DNA from: a virus | Virus record (IMG/VR): IMGVR_UViG_3300037851_000359 | Location: 32,001 to 96,000 of that record | DNA: 64,000 bases | Reading direction: 5' to 3' (one strand) | Shown here: piece after piece, positions 38,770 through 48,535 of the stretch | How positions within the stretch are numbered: the first letter of the stretch is position 1 | How the letters are laid out: every line of letters begins with the position of its first letter | Notes under the pieces: generated by a model | Told to the model about the DNA's origin: nothing | Databases searched by the model: none | Seen by the model: only the letters and a program-made list of their open reading frames with translations | Made by a program: the position numbers and the translations under genes

Positions 38770-40652
38770 TTATTAATCATTCCTCGACCAATTAATTCAT
38801 AATAACGAATACATTTTTCATTATTATGTAATGGAATCAAAGTGTATAATAGACTATCCGTTATCATTCTAATATTATTAAGAACCTCAATATCATAATT
38901 CTCTAAAATAAATGAATCAAAACATCCAAGTAACTCATTAATATATGAATTATTTATTTCTTTATTATTAATTATGTAATCATATCCTATTATTGATTGA
39001 TATACTTTAGCATAATCATAAAATATATCACCATATATTGTTAATACATTGCCAATTTTTCCTCTCATATCAATAAATTTTAAATCATTATTATTTACTA
39101 GAATAATATTAGTTAATACTGGATCACCATGAATGACGCCTATTTTATATTTTTTATCATCTATATAAGATTGCAAACTATGTATTAAATAGGATTTTAC
39201 ATTATCATTATCTTTAAAAATATTATAATTATACGTTTGTATTCTATCCATTAATTTATTAATATAACAATCTTTTATATCAAAATTAATTACTGGCGGT
39301 ACTGATAAATGAATATCATTTAATGTTTTTAATAATTTTTTAAGTAGATCGCATGTTAATGAATTATTAATGTATAATAAAGACAATGGTATTCCATTTA
39401 TATATTCTATTTCAATCCGGTGTTTATCACAATCATATAAAATGGGAAATAAATTTTTTATAGAATTTGGAATATTATTATACCAATATATTTCTCCCGA
39501 CAAATCATTCACTGAGGTTTTAATAACCTTATTATTTTGAATTATTACATTATTAAACGATCTTGCTTCGATTACAGGATTATAAATTCCTATTTCTTTT
39601 TCCATATCATAATATGGATTAATAGCTAAATCATCAATATAAAAATCCGCATATGGTTTTCCAAAGTATAATTCATCATATGGAATGCCAAATTTTTCTA
39701 AAGTATTTATAGTGATTTTTCCAATATCAGCAATTATAGCACCAACATTTCCTTTATGGGTTCTCATACGCCTAGCAGTATAAATGATAATCGTACAACC
39801 TAATGATTTAAGAAATTTTAAATAATTAATATTATTTTTAATAGGCATTACAGATGAATAATCATCTTTAATTGTGGGAAAAGTTACTAAAGTATTATCT
39901 AAATCAAAACAAAATCTTTTGTTTCTTATCGTGGTATAATTAGAATAACAATATTTTTGCAATTGATTTGGGGTTCCTAAACAATTAAAATCTTCAATTT
40001 CTTTGGATTTAATAATTTGTGAATCATTAAGTAATAATTTATAAATATTTGAAATATAATATTCTTTAGTCGTTAATTCGGAATTTAAAACCTTTTGGCA
40101 ATATTCTTTTAATAATTTTCCTGTTTTAAAACAATATGCTCCAACATTGGCATTATTAGATATTTTTTGTTTTTCAACAATATCAACTACCGTATCGGTT
40201 TCAAGTTTAATATATGAATAAATTGGTTTATCATCATAATCTTTAAAATAAAATATACAATTATTATTAATTTTTTTACAATCATTTATAATATCGTGGT
40301 TATAAAATGTATCACAATCTATAGATAATGTCAATTTATTTAAATCTATTTCGGTTAGCGTATTCAATCCACAAAATACAGTTTCCGCCGCCCCTTTTGT
40401 ATAATAATTAATTGATACAAATTTAATTTGTTGATAATGCTTAAATTTAGAATAAATAATATCCTTAAAATTATATTTATCCAATTCTGAATTATATATG
40501 ATAATAATAGTATCATCATAGTCAATTTTTAAATTATCAAGAACATATAAAATTAAAGGCTTTCCAAAGACAGCTATTAACGGTTTTGGAAATCTGTATC
40601 CATCCTGTTTAAATCTTTCACCTTTTCCGCCAATTGGAATAATAATATTCAT
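38766..40652 (-). CDS. Trifunctional nucleotidyltransferase + HAD phosphatase + APH/choline-kinase-like fusion
   Basis: GGKGERF..PKPL, DCD; FDLDNTL, GKP, YIDD; HGDPVLTN, IDMRG. Confidence 0.85.
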   Translation of the reverse strand: MNIIIPIGGKGERFKQDGYRFPKPLIAVFGKPLILYVLDNLKIDYDDTIIIIYNSELDKYNFKDIIYSKFKHYQQIKFVSINYYTKGAAETVFCGLNTLTEIDLNKLTLSIDCDTFYNHDIINDCKKINNNCIFYFKDYDDKPIYSYIKLETDTVVDIVEKQKISNNANVGAYCFKTGKLLKEYCQKVLNSELTTKEYYISNIYKLLLNDSQIIKSKEIEDFNCLGTPNQLQKYCYSNYTTIRNKRFCFDLDNTLVTFPTIKDDYSSVMPIKNNINYLKFLKSLGCTIIIYTARRMRTHKGNVGAIIADIGKITINTLEKFGIPYDELYFGKPYADFYIDDLAINPYYDMEKEIGIYNPVIEARSFNNVIIQNNKVIKTSVNDLSGEIYWYNNIPNSIKNLFPILYDCDKHRIEIEYINGIPLSLLYINNSLTCDLLKKLLKTLNDIHLSVPPVINFDIKDCYINKLMDRIQTYNYNIFKDNDNVKSYLIHSLQSYIDDKKYKIGVIHGDPVLTNIILVNNNDLKFIDMRGKIGNVLTIYGDIFYDYAKVYQSIIGYDYIINNKEINNSYINELLGCFDSFILENYDIEVLNNIRMITDSLLYTLIPLHNNEKCIRYYELIGRGMINK

Positions 40653-40663
40653 GGGATTCCTTT

Positions 40664-41494
40664 TTATCTATTATTCCAAAATGATTCTGCTTCTTTTATT
40701 TGATTGTCTATATTTGATTTAATAGCACCAGAATCCCGTTGACAAACCAGAACTTTCCATTTAGCATATTGCTCGTCATTTTCATGTGGATGTATGATAG
40801 AAATGCTATCTGACATTTGATAAGTAAAATTATTTAAATGAGTATCAAGTAAAAAATACGCATCATCACCGGCATAAACACCCATAATTCGATAGCCGCC
40901 AACTTTATCCCATAATTGTTTAGATATAAATAAACAACCTCCAGCAATACCAGAAGGATCATTAGGCCAAACTGCATGTTCTTTTATTATATCATTATTT
41001 ATTTGAATCGTATATTTATGGGAATTCTCATAAACAGTCTTATAATGACACCCATGACCCTGTTGATTCAATGAAATAAACCCAAATGGTTTTTGTTTTA
41101 AATTAGTAATATTTTCTGCCATCTGTATCAATCTTAAAAAAAAGTACTTTTCCTCTTCAATAAATATAATATCAGAATCTAATGATAAAATATACTGATA
41201 ATCATATTCATTATTAAAATCCGATATCAATTTATTAATGGTATATGCTTTCCCATAATTTTTATCTAATCTAATTGGATTTAAATTGCCATTAAATAAA
41301 TGCCGTATTTGGATTACAAATTCATTCCATAATTGATCAGTTTTAGCCCAACCGCCTATATTTATTCCTAAATTAACTTCTGATAGTCCATTTTTTTCTA
41401 TATAACTATTAAGAGATAATAATGAATTTACATTTCTATTTAATCTTGCCATATCTGGTAAAAAAATTGGCTGGACTAATAATATATTTTTCAT
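40664..41494 (-). CDS. GT2-like glycosyltransferase
   Basis: NYGKA, LDSD, GGCL, GGY..YAGDD. Confidence 0.75.
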   Translation of the reverse strand: MKNILLVQPIFLPDMARLNRNVNSLLSLNSYIEKNGLSEVNLGINIGGWAKTDQLWNEFVIQIRHLFNGNLNPIRLDKNYGKAYTINKLISDFNNEYDYQYILSLDSDIIFIEEEKYFFLRLIQMAENITNLKQKPFGFISLNQQGHGCHYKTVYENSHKYTIQINNDIIKEHAVWPNDPSGIAGGCLFISKQLWDKVGGYRIMGVYAGDDAYFLLDTHLNNFTYQMSDSISIIHPHENDEQYAKWKVLVCQRDSGAIKSNIDNQIKEAESFWNNR

Positions 41495-42810
41495 TTTATT
41501 CCTTTTAATTCAGTAATATAACATTCTTTTCTCAATCCTTCATCCTTACATAATTTTACTAATTCTTCTATTTTTTTCTTCATTTCATGCAATCGGTCTT
41601 TTAATATATTTATCTCATCTTTTCCAAATTTATAAATAGGAGTTTGAATTATTTTTGAAATGTGTTTATCTTGAATATCATTATCTATTAATAATTTTTC
41701 AATTTCTTTTTTTGATAATTCTGGAAATTTTTTAAATAACGCTTTTTGAATAACAATTAGAAAATCTCTTTCATATTCAAATTTTTCTTTAAGTTCTAAG
41801 TATTGTAATTTAAAGCGTTTAAGATAAAATTCAAACCTATAATCTGTAAATTGTTTAATTATTTGAGAAACCGTCATATTTTTTATTTTACCATCAAATC
41901 CAATAACATTTATATTTTCATTTAATATCGTAAATAATTTAAATTTTTCAATTATTTCAGAATCATTTAATTCAGAATTTAAAATAATATTAAATTCAAA
42001 TTCTTTTTTACAATCATCAGTAAATGATTTAATAATATCTTTTTGTTCAAGATCATCTAGAATTTTTATAAAAGTTTCTCTATTATATCCAATAGGCAAC
42101 TCAGTTATGGTTAAATACTTACCTTCTTTTTTATAACATCCAATAGTTTTCCAAACATTATCGCCAATTTTTTCTATTGAACCATTAAACCCATCAAAAT
42201 ATGGTTTGGGTTCTCTAAACTCTTTATTATTTAAATATTGTAATTGACAATGAATAACATCTTCCAATTTTCGTGGATATATATTACAAGCGAACCCAAC
42301 AGCAATGCCTTGGACAGGATTTAAAATTACGGTAGGAACAATAGGCAGAAAATTTTTAGGTTCTTTTTCAGAATCATCATAATTTGAAATCATTTCAACC
42401 AATGCAGGATCGGTATTCATTATATTAAAAAATGTATCAGATAATTTAACGGAAACATACCGTGCCGCCCCAATACCATTAGATGGACCAGAACATTTTC
42501 CACCAAATGCACCAAACCCATCTAAATAGGTAATATTATTGGCTCCGCTAAATTTTTGGGCCATTAATGAACAAGCATCTTCGACACTAGTAGATGAATG
42601 TGGATGTAAAGACAAAGCAGAACCAGCAACTTTAACAACTTTTACTTTTTCATTTTTATAATACTTATACATCGTCCACAATATTCTTCTATGAACTGGT
42701 TTTAAGCCATCTATAATGCTTGGAATAGCTCTATTTTCTATTACATTGAATGAATATGCTTTGTATTGGGTGTTTATGATATCTGTTATATCAATATTTC
42801 TTATTTCCAT
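41491..42810 (-). CDS. gp52: Type II topoisomerase cleavage subunit (gp52-like)
   Basis: DGLKPVHRR, HPH, AARY catalytic Tyr, GIAVG. Confidence 0.9.
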   Translation of the reverse strand: MEIRNIDITDIINTQYKAYSFNVIENRAIPSIIDGLKPVHRRILWTMYKYYKNEKVKVVKVAGSALSLHPHSSTSVEDACSLMAQKFSGANNITYLDGFGAFGGKCSGPSNGIGAARYVSVKLSDTFFNIMNTDPALVEMISNYDDSEKEPKNFLPIVPTVILNPVQGIAVGFACNIYPRKLEDVIHCQLQYLNNKEFREPKPYFDGFNGSIEKIGDNVWKTIGCYKKEGKYLTITELPIGYNRETFIKILDDLEQKDIIKSFTDDCKKEFEFNIILNSELNDSEIIEKFKLFTILNENINVIGFDGKIKNMTVSQIIKQFTDYRFEFYLKRFKLQYLELKEKFEYERDFLIVIQKALFKKFPELSKKEIEKLLIDNDIQDKHISKIIQTPIYKFGKDEINILKDRLHEMKKKIEELVKLCKDEGLRKECYITELKGIK

Positions 42811-43889
42811 GTGGTTTGTCCTGTTATCATGGTTTTGAGTTTGATTAAACCAAGTTTTCCTTTAACGGTTTCTAATGTTCCATGTGGAACATTGCTAACA
42901 CCAAGATGTTTTGCCAGATCATTAATGTCTTTAATTGGATTATTATTTATATGTTTTGGTAACATAACACAAGTTTCATCCATTTCTAATAATTTAATTA
43001 TTTTTTCATACCCTGTTTTATCATGATATGGGGAATCAATGCACCATATTCTATTTTCTGAGTCTATTTCAGACCTTATAAAATCACTTTTTGCTCCAGA
43101 TACGTTACAATTACATAACGAAATGGCGTTATTTATAAACATAGAATCAATAATACCTTCACAGATATAAACTGGTCGATTTTTGCTAATTTGATACCAT
43201 CCATATATTTTTTCATCAGGAAATTCAAAATTTTCAAATAATGCAAATAAATATTTACGATCCCTTCTATATTCATTTGGTTTCGGATGAATATCTCTTG
43301 CTTGAAAATTATAATGTAATCCATTACCATCAATAAAGGGAATAATGACGCGCCAACAATAATCACCTTTATGACAAACATACATTTGATTTAAAAAATA
43401 ATCAGAAATTAACCTATCTTTCATCTTTTTTAAGGCATAATTTCGATATTTTTCCATATTTTTATTATCAGTAATTGGTTCTGTTAACTTTAAACAATTA
43501 TTTTTATAATATTCTTTTAAAAAATCGTCATATTTTTTATTTTCACGAATAATATTTATTTTATTAATAGGTGTTTCAAATGATGGATTGCATATTCTAT
43601 TTTTTACAATATCAAACATATCATTTTTGATACTATTGTATTTTTCTGGAAAATGTTCAGCTAACAACCCTTCAAAATTTGTAGAATATTCACAATTATG
43701 GCAATAAATAGTATAATGAGTATTTTTTTCGATACAATATAAACGAGATTTCTTTTTGTGTTTCTGACTATCCCCACAATGAGGACACCGACCGCATAAA
43801 ATCATAGAATTAGAACCAGATTTTATTATTCTGGCTTTTTCTATAATTTCACAAAAAATATTTTTTACTAACGATTGTGAGAGTTTCAT
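42801..43889 (-). CDS. gp61: DNA primase (gp61-like)
   Basis: RCPHCGDS, CHNC, CEGIIDS, KDIND. Confidence 0.85.
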   Translation of the reverse strand: MKLSQSLVKNIFCEIIEKARIIKSGSNSMILCGRCPHCGDSQKHKKKSRLYCIEKNTHYTIYCHNCEYSTNFEGLLAEHFPEKYNSIKNDMFDIVKNRICNPSFETPINKINIIRENKKYDDFLKEYYKNNCLKLTEPITDNKNMEKYRNYALKKMKDRLISDYFLNQMYVCHKGDYCWRVIIPFIDGNGLHYNFQARDIHPKPNEYRRDRKYLFALFENFEFPDEKIYGWYQISKNRPVYICEGIIDSMFINNAISLCNCNVSGAKSDFIRSEIDSENRIWCIDSPYHDKTGYEKIIKLLEMDETCVMLPKHINNNPIKDINDLAKHLGVSNVPHGTLETVKGKLGLIKLKTMITGQTTWK

Positions 43890-43900
43890 TATTGGATAAT

Positions 43901-43928
43901 ATTATATCATCTTAAATATTTTAATCAA
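43901..43928 (-). promoter_or_regulatory. sigma70-like promoter TTGATT-N16-TATAAT
   Basis: Upstream of primase. Confidence 0.65.
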
Positions 43929-44304
43929 GAATCAATTTTTTAGTAAATTTGAATTTATGTATAATTTCGTAATCTTTCTTTTCGTATTTTTTAAGAACTT
44001 TAATTTTTTCTGTTAAAATAGCATCTATTTCATTAACTGGTTCAACTAAATTCCAATTTGATAATAATTGAACAATAGTTTTTTGTCGTAATAAATCATT
44101 TTCATCAAAAGTTGATTCTTTATTATATAAACTAAATAATTCTTTAAAATGAACAATTTTATAAATATTTGGATCTTTAGTTGGCAAACAATAACAAGAT
44201 GGATAAAATTTTTTAGTTTTATTATTTCTAATTCCAATTCTTTCTAAAGTTTCTCTAATTATAGAAAAATCTTCTTTTAGTATTACCGCAAGTCCAATAC
44301 TCAT
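43921..44304 (-). CDS. regA: Translational repressor RegA
   Basis: IRETLERIG, SC, IVHFKELF, LLSNWNL; follows gp62 as in T4. Confidence 0.9.
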   Translation of the reverse strand: MSIGLAVILKEDFSIIRETLERIGIRNNKTKKFYPSCYCLPTKDPNIYKIVHFKELFSLYNKESTFDENDLLRQKTIVQLLSNWNLVEPVNEIDAILTEKIKVLKKYEKKDYEIIHKFKFTKKLILD

Positions 44305-44798
44305 GATTTTCTTCTTCCTTTTTTAAACCCTGTTTTTTCGCTTATTTCCTTAGCCCAGGATTCTCCCATCATTACAATATATTCAATTGCTTCAGTTTCA
44401 GAACATTCAAAATATTTTACTACATCTTCAATATACTTATGTTTTTCTGTTTGTTTATTTTTAATCCACGGATAAAATGAAAAATCCTTTTCAACAATAT
44501 GCAATAATAATTGATACATTTGCGATGGAGTTAAAACACCTATATATTTATTAACCAGATTACATAATAACACATCATCTTGTTTCATTGATAATCCTTG
44601 AACAATCATATATGAATTCCAAATATGTTTAGTATTTTCTGTTAATAAGTTTCCATTTTTATATTTTCTTATATCATTAATAAAATCAAAAATTGTTAAT
44701 GATTTTGTAGTTACTGAATCATCTTCAGTAACTACAACAGGTTCTTCCTTATCTTTTAATGCTTTACGAATATCTAAACAATTATCGTTATTAATCAT
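44301..44798 (-). CDS. gp62: Clamp loader small subunit (gp62-like)
   Basis: IFDFIN, YMIVQGLS, YPWIK, YFECS..EA; synteny; start uncertain. Confidence 0.7.
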   Translation of the reverse strand: MINNDNCLDIRKALKDKEEPVVVTEDDSVTTKSLTIFDFINDIRKYKNGNLLTENTKHIWNSYMIVQGLSMKQDDVLLCNLVNKYIGVLTPSQMYQLLLHIVEKDFSFYPWIKNKQTEKHKYIEDVVKYFECSETEAIEYIVMMGESWAKEISEKTGFKKGRRKS

Positions 44799-44802
44799 GT
44801 TA

Positions 44803-45063
44803 TTAACCGATCCGTATTGCATCCTTATGGCCATCTTCAAACACCTTCAATCTGAAACGATCAAAATTAAAACCCAAATTAAAATCTGCATTTAATGGTC
44901 CAGACATACAATCCTCATAAGATGACCAGTATTCTTTATTGGATATCACTTCATCAACAGATGCATAGCATTCGTATTGACATTCGCAAGTTTCTTCGTC
45001 AAAACAACAAGTTCCGTAACCGGATGTTGCAATGCACTCAGCTATGACTTTCGAATCCGACAT
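44803..45063 (-). CDS. Small Cys-rich hypothetical protein
   Basis: AAGGA RBS before MSDSK. Confidence 0.5.
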   Translation of the reverse strand: MSDSKVIAECIATSGYGTCCFDEETCECQYECYASVDEVISNKEYWSSYEDCMSGPLNADFNLGFNFDRFRLKVFEDGHKDAIRIG

Positions 45064-45130
45064 GGATTTTCCTTTTTTGGAAACGTAGTTCATAATAGTC
45101 TAAAGAACTATAAACGACGGATTTATATCA

Positions 45131-45502
45131 TTATACAATTGGTTTTCCTGATTGATCTAACAGAACTTTTTTTCCATTTGCTACATTACCAGCAGCATCT
45201 AAAATAGCGGGTTTTTGTTCTTCTGGTTCTGCTTGTCCTGAGAATGGGCAATTTTCTCTAATAGATTTCATTATTTTTTCTGGAATAGTACTAAAAATTG
45301 GCCCATCATTAAAACATGCTTCAAATTCTTCCTGTGCCATATTTTTTTTCATATTTTTTAATAACATCCACCAAGATTGCCATTCAAGTAATGTCAATTC
45401 CATGGAGGTTGCTAATTGAGATACTTGATCAAGTTTTTCAACTAACATTTTATTAGTTAAATTTCGTTGTTTTGGGTTTTTTCTAAATGCGCTTGCACTC
45501 AT
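45131..45502 (-). CDS. Hypothetical protein
   Basis: AAGGAG RBS. Confidence 0.6.
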   Translation of the reverse strand: MSASAFRKNPKQRNLTNKMLVEKLDQVSQLATSMELTLLEWQSWWMLLKNMKKNMAQEEFEACFNDGPIFSTIPEKIMKSIRENCPFSGQAEPEEQKPAILDAAGNVANGKKVLLDQSGKPIV

Positions 45503-45512
45503 TTGTTGCTCC

Positions 45513-46478
45513 TTATCTCATGGCTTTCAGTTTTAAGGCATTGTCAATGTTAGAATTTAATGGAATTGTCAATTTTTCTGGTCGGATAGTGAGGTCTGGT
45601 TTAGAATCATCAACAGAAAGTCCAGTTTGTTGAGACATTTCAGAATACTCAGCCTGAATTTTTTCTAGATATTCGGGTGATATAGTTCCATCTTGAGGTA
45701 TTTCCATCAAGTCCGCATCTGGAAGCATATATTTTTTAGCAATATCAGATTGATCAGATTCTTCAACCATCACGGTTTCCGTTAAATGAGCGCCCGTCTT
45801 TTTTAATAGTTCATATTGTTCTTGAGTTAACGTATCACTAGGACCACCAGTTTCCCTACGATTATTCAAATTCAAATTTTTGCCCGTAGCTGTATTAACC
45901 AAAAGATTAGTGCCTTCATCCATGTTTTCATTACGAGAAATACCCAAGCTAGATAATATTTGACGTTGTTCTTCGGATACGTTGTTGTTTTGGGTGGGAC
46001 TTTTATGTTCCTCCCGAAAAGACAATGAACGAGCATGATTTGGATTCATTGCAGTTGGTTTAGATACTACTACCTTTTTTTCTACTACAGGTTGAACATG
46101 GATAGTAGATTCTGTTATATTTTGTTCATTAGTTTTTTTTGGGATTTCATTTTGAGTAGTTACTGGTACTTCTACCGATTTCGTTTCAGATACTTTAGGT
46201 AAATTTAATTTTTTAACTGGCATAGTACCATTTAATGGGATAAAAGATAGTATAGGAAGGGTATTTGATTGTATTGATGATTGTTTTAATACTGGAAGAA
46301 TATCATTTATAGGATATACATAAATGCTATTGGCTATCACCTGGGCATATTGACTTGGAAAGGTTCTTAAAATTATTTGCATAGCATGTGTTTCATCAGT
46401 AGCTTCCACAAGATATGAATTCATGATACGCTTTTGTCTAGCGTCAAATATATTAACGTAATAGGGTTGGGTATGCAT
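45513..46478 (-). CDS. Hypothetical protein, largely low-complexity
   Basis: AGGAG RBS before MHTQ at 46478. Confidence 0.6.
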   Translation of the reverse strand: MHTQPYYVNIFDARQKRIMNSYLVEATDETHAMQIILRTFPSQYAQVIANSIYVYPINDILPVLKQSSIQSNTLPILSFIPLNGTMPVKKLNLPKVSETKSVEVPVTTQNEIPKKTNEQNITESTIHVQPVVEKKVVVSKPTAMNPNHARSLSFREEHKSPTQNNNVSEEQRQILSSLGISRNENMDEGTNLLVNTATGKNLNLNNRRETGGPSDTLTQEQYELLKKTGAHLTETVMVEESDQSDIAKKYMLPDADLMEIPQDGTISPEYLEKIQAEYSEMSQQTGLSVDDSKPDLTIRPEKLTIPLNSNIDNALKLKAMR

Positions 46479-46560
46479 TATTTTTCTCCTGAAAAAATGT
46501 TTTATCTTCTCTATTATACCAAAATTCCTAAAATATACATCATAATCAAAATATTTCATT

Positions 46561-47481
46561 TCAATTTTTTAATATTCTCATTAATTCTAATAAACATGCT
46601 ATAAAATTCAATTCTTTATTAACATGTATAACATTTTTATATTGATAATCCGCCAAGGTTATTAAAATTTCTGATATTTTTTCTTCATTATTTGTTATTA
46701 ATTTCACATTTTCAAAAATTTTCTGATATAAAATATCATAATCCATTTTTTGAGTTAAAACATTTTCTCTAATTGATTTAATGGATTTATTTATAATATT
46801 ATAGATTAATAGTTGAATAAGTTCATCTTGACAATTATCAATATAATTTAATTTATTATTAGCACAGCATTTTTGCAATGTATTAATAATTAATCGAATA
46901 TCAGGATAATAATTTTTAATAATTTTAACAATTATATTTTTTCCTTCTGCATCAATTTCGATATTTTTAGCTTTTAATATTGAAACACATTTTTTTGCAA
47001 TTTCGTTTTTATCAGCAACCGCAAAATTAAATAATTGGAACCGTGACCGAACAGGTTCAATTATCTTATTTTCATAATTGGCAGTTAAAATAAATCTTGT
47101 ACCCTTTGCATATTGTTCTGTTACTGCCCTTAATATTTTTTGAGCATCTACTGTCAACCCATCAGCTTCATCCAAAATTATTATTTTTAAGTCAGAAAAT
47201 AATGACACAGAACAAAAATCTTGAACTTTATTTCTAATAGTGTCCATTCCTCGTTCATCAGAGGCATTAATATACAAATATGCATCTTGAGCAATGGTTT
47301 TTGCTAAGATCTTCGCAACGGTAGTCTTTCCGGTTCCTGGTGGGCCAAGAAATAATAAATGAGGAATTGAATTGTTTTTTATATAATCTTCAAATTTTGA
47401 TAAATTCTCTTGAATTCCTATAACATCTGATATATTATTTGGTCTAAATTCTTCCACCCATGGAAAATTTATATCAGTCAT
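46561..47481 (-). CDS. gp44: Clamp loader AAA+ subunit (gp44/RFC-like)
   Basis: PWVEEFRP, GPPGTGKT, NASD, DEAD, SRF; RBS before ATG 47481. Confidence 0.95.
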   Translation of the reverse strand: MTDINFPWVEEFRPNNISDVIGIQENLSKFEDYIKNNSIPHLLFLGPPGTGKTTVAKILAKTIAQDAYLYINASDERGMDTIRNKVQDFCSVSLFSDLKIIILDEADGLTVDAQKILRAVTEQYAKGTRFILTANYENKIIEPVRSRFQLFNFAVADKNEIAKKCVSILKAKNIEIDAEGKNIIVKIIKNYYPDIRLIINTLQKCCANNKLNYIDNCQDELIQLLIYNIINKSIKSIRENVLTQKMDYDILYQKIFENVKLITNNEEKISEILITLADYQYKNVIHVNKELNFIACLLELMRILKN

Positions 47482-47743
47482 TAGATTTCCTTTCTTGTCG
47501 AATAACATCTTCTACATGATTTAAAAATATTGTATCTTCCTCTTTAATACAGTCAATAGCAGTTTCAATAATAATTAAATCCATCACGCTGTATGAGGTA
47601 GGATTATTTTTAACTTCAAATAATACATCATCTAGTTTTTGCAATATAGTTGGATCATCAGTTTGAATATTACCGCATAATTTTTGAAGTTTTTCACTTA
47701 TCGCAAAAGTTAAAAATATAGGATGTTCAGTTAATATACTCAT
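47474..47743 (-). CDS. Hypothetical protein
   Basis: Coupled ORF. Confidence 0.55.
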   Translation of the reverse strand: MSILTEHPIFLTFAISEKLQKLCGNIQTDDPTILQKLDDVLFEVKNNPTSYSVMDLIIIETAIDCIKEEDTIFLNHVEDVIRQERKSND

Positions 47744-48486
47744 ATAATTGCCTTTGCAACACAGAAAATCATGTCAAAATCTTTGTCTTCGCACTCAATC
47801 AATGAAAATTTATCAGAGACACTAATTTTCATAGTATTAAATGAATTTCCTAAAATAGTTTGAAAGGTATCCTTTTTAAATACTGTTTCAAAACTTGTTG
47901 TAAGATATGCAGGAATTTCAACGGAATAACTATTTATAGACACTCCTGTATTTTTTATAGTAAGAATTAAATTATTATTTGTATTATAACCATTAATAAA
48001 CACAAATGGTTCATTTGACAATACAGACATAGCTTTAGTAAATTTTGAAAAATTATCATCATAATTAAAGGTGCACAACCAATTTACATTTGCTAAATTT
48101 TTTGTGAATTCTTTACAAACATCTAAATCTGCGGTTTGGTATGTTATTTTATTCTTATTTTGTGATATAGAGAATGATTTATCTTTTCCAAAATTTATTT
48201 TTATTGCATCTTCCTCAAATACAGAAAACAAATTAATAAATTCAGTCAGTTTAACAATCCCAATTTTTATTTCTTCTTCATCAAATTTAAAATCATCAAA
48301 AATATTTTTATAATTAATAAAAATTACTGAACCATTATTTAATGTTGAGATTTTTCCAATTATCTTATCATTTTTCCTTTTAATATTAAGAATAACACCC
48401 GTATTTTCAACGAATGCTGATAATATTTTAAGAGGCTTACAGAAAGATTTTACATCATTTTTAGTCTTAAATGTTCCTGAAAACAT
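47740..48486 (-). CDS. gp45: Sliding clamp (gp45-like)
   Basis: 248 aa; IGIVKLTEFINL and ITYQTAD resemble gp45; upstream of clamp loader. Confidence 0.7.
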   Translation of the reverse strand: MFSGTFKTKNDVKSFCKPLKILSAFVENTGVILNIKRKNDKIIGKISTLNNGSVIFINYKNIFDDFKFDEEEIKIGIVKLTEFINLFSVFEEDAIKINFGKDKSFSISQNKNKITYQTADLDVCKEFTKNLANVNWLCTFNYDDNFSKFTKAMSVLSNEPFVFINGYNTNNNLILTIKNTGVSINSYSVEIPAYLTTSFETVFKKDTFQTILGNSFNTMKISVSDKFSLIECEDKDFDMIFCVAKAII

Positions 48487-48507
48487 AATAACCCTTCTTG
48501 TTGTTCA

Positions 48508-48535
48508 ATTTTAACAGTATATTTATTAAAGTCAA
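48508..48535 (-). promoter_or_regulatory. sigma70-like promoter TTGACT-N16-TAAAAT
   Basis: Upstream of the clamp gene. Confidence 0.7.
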
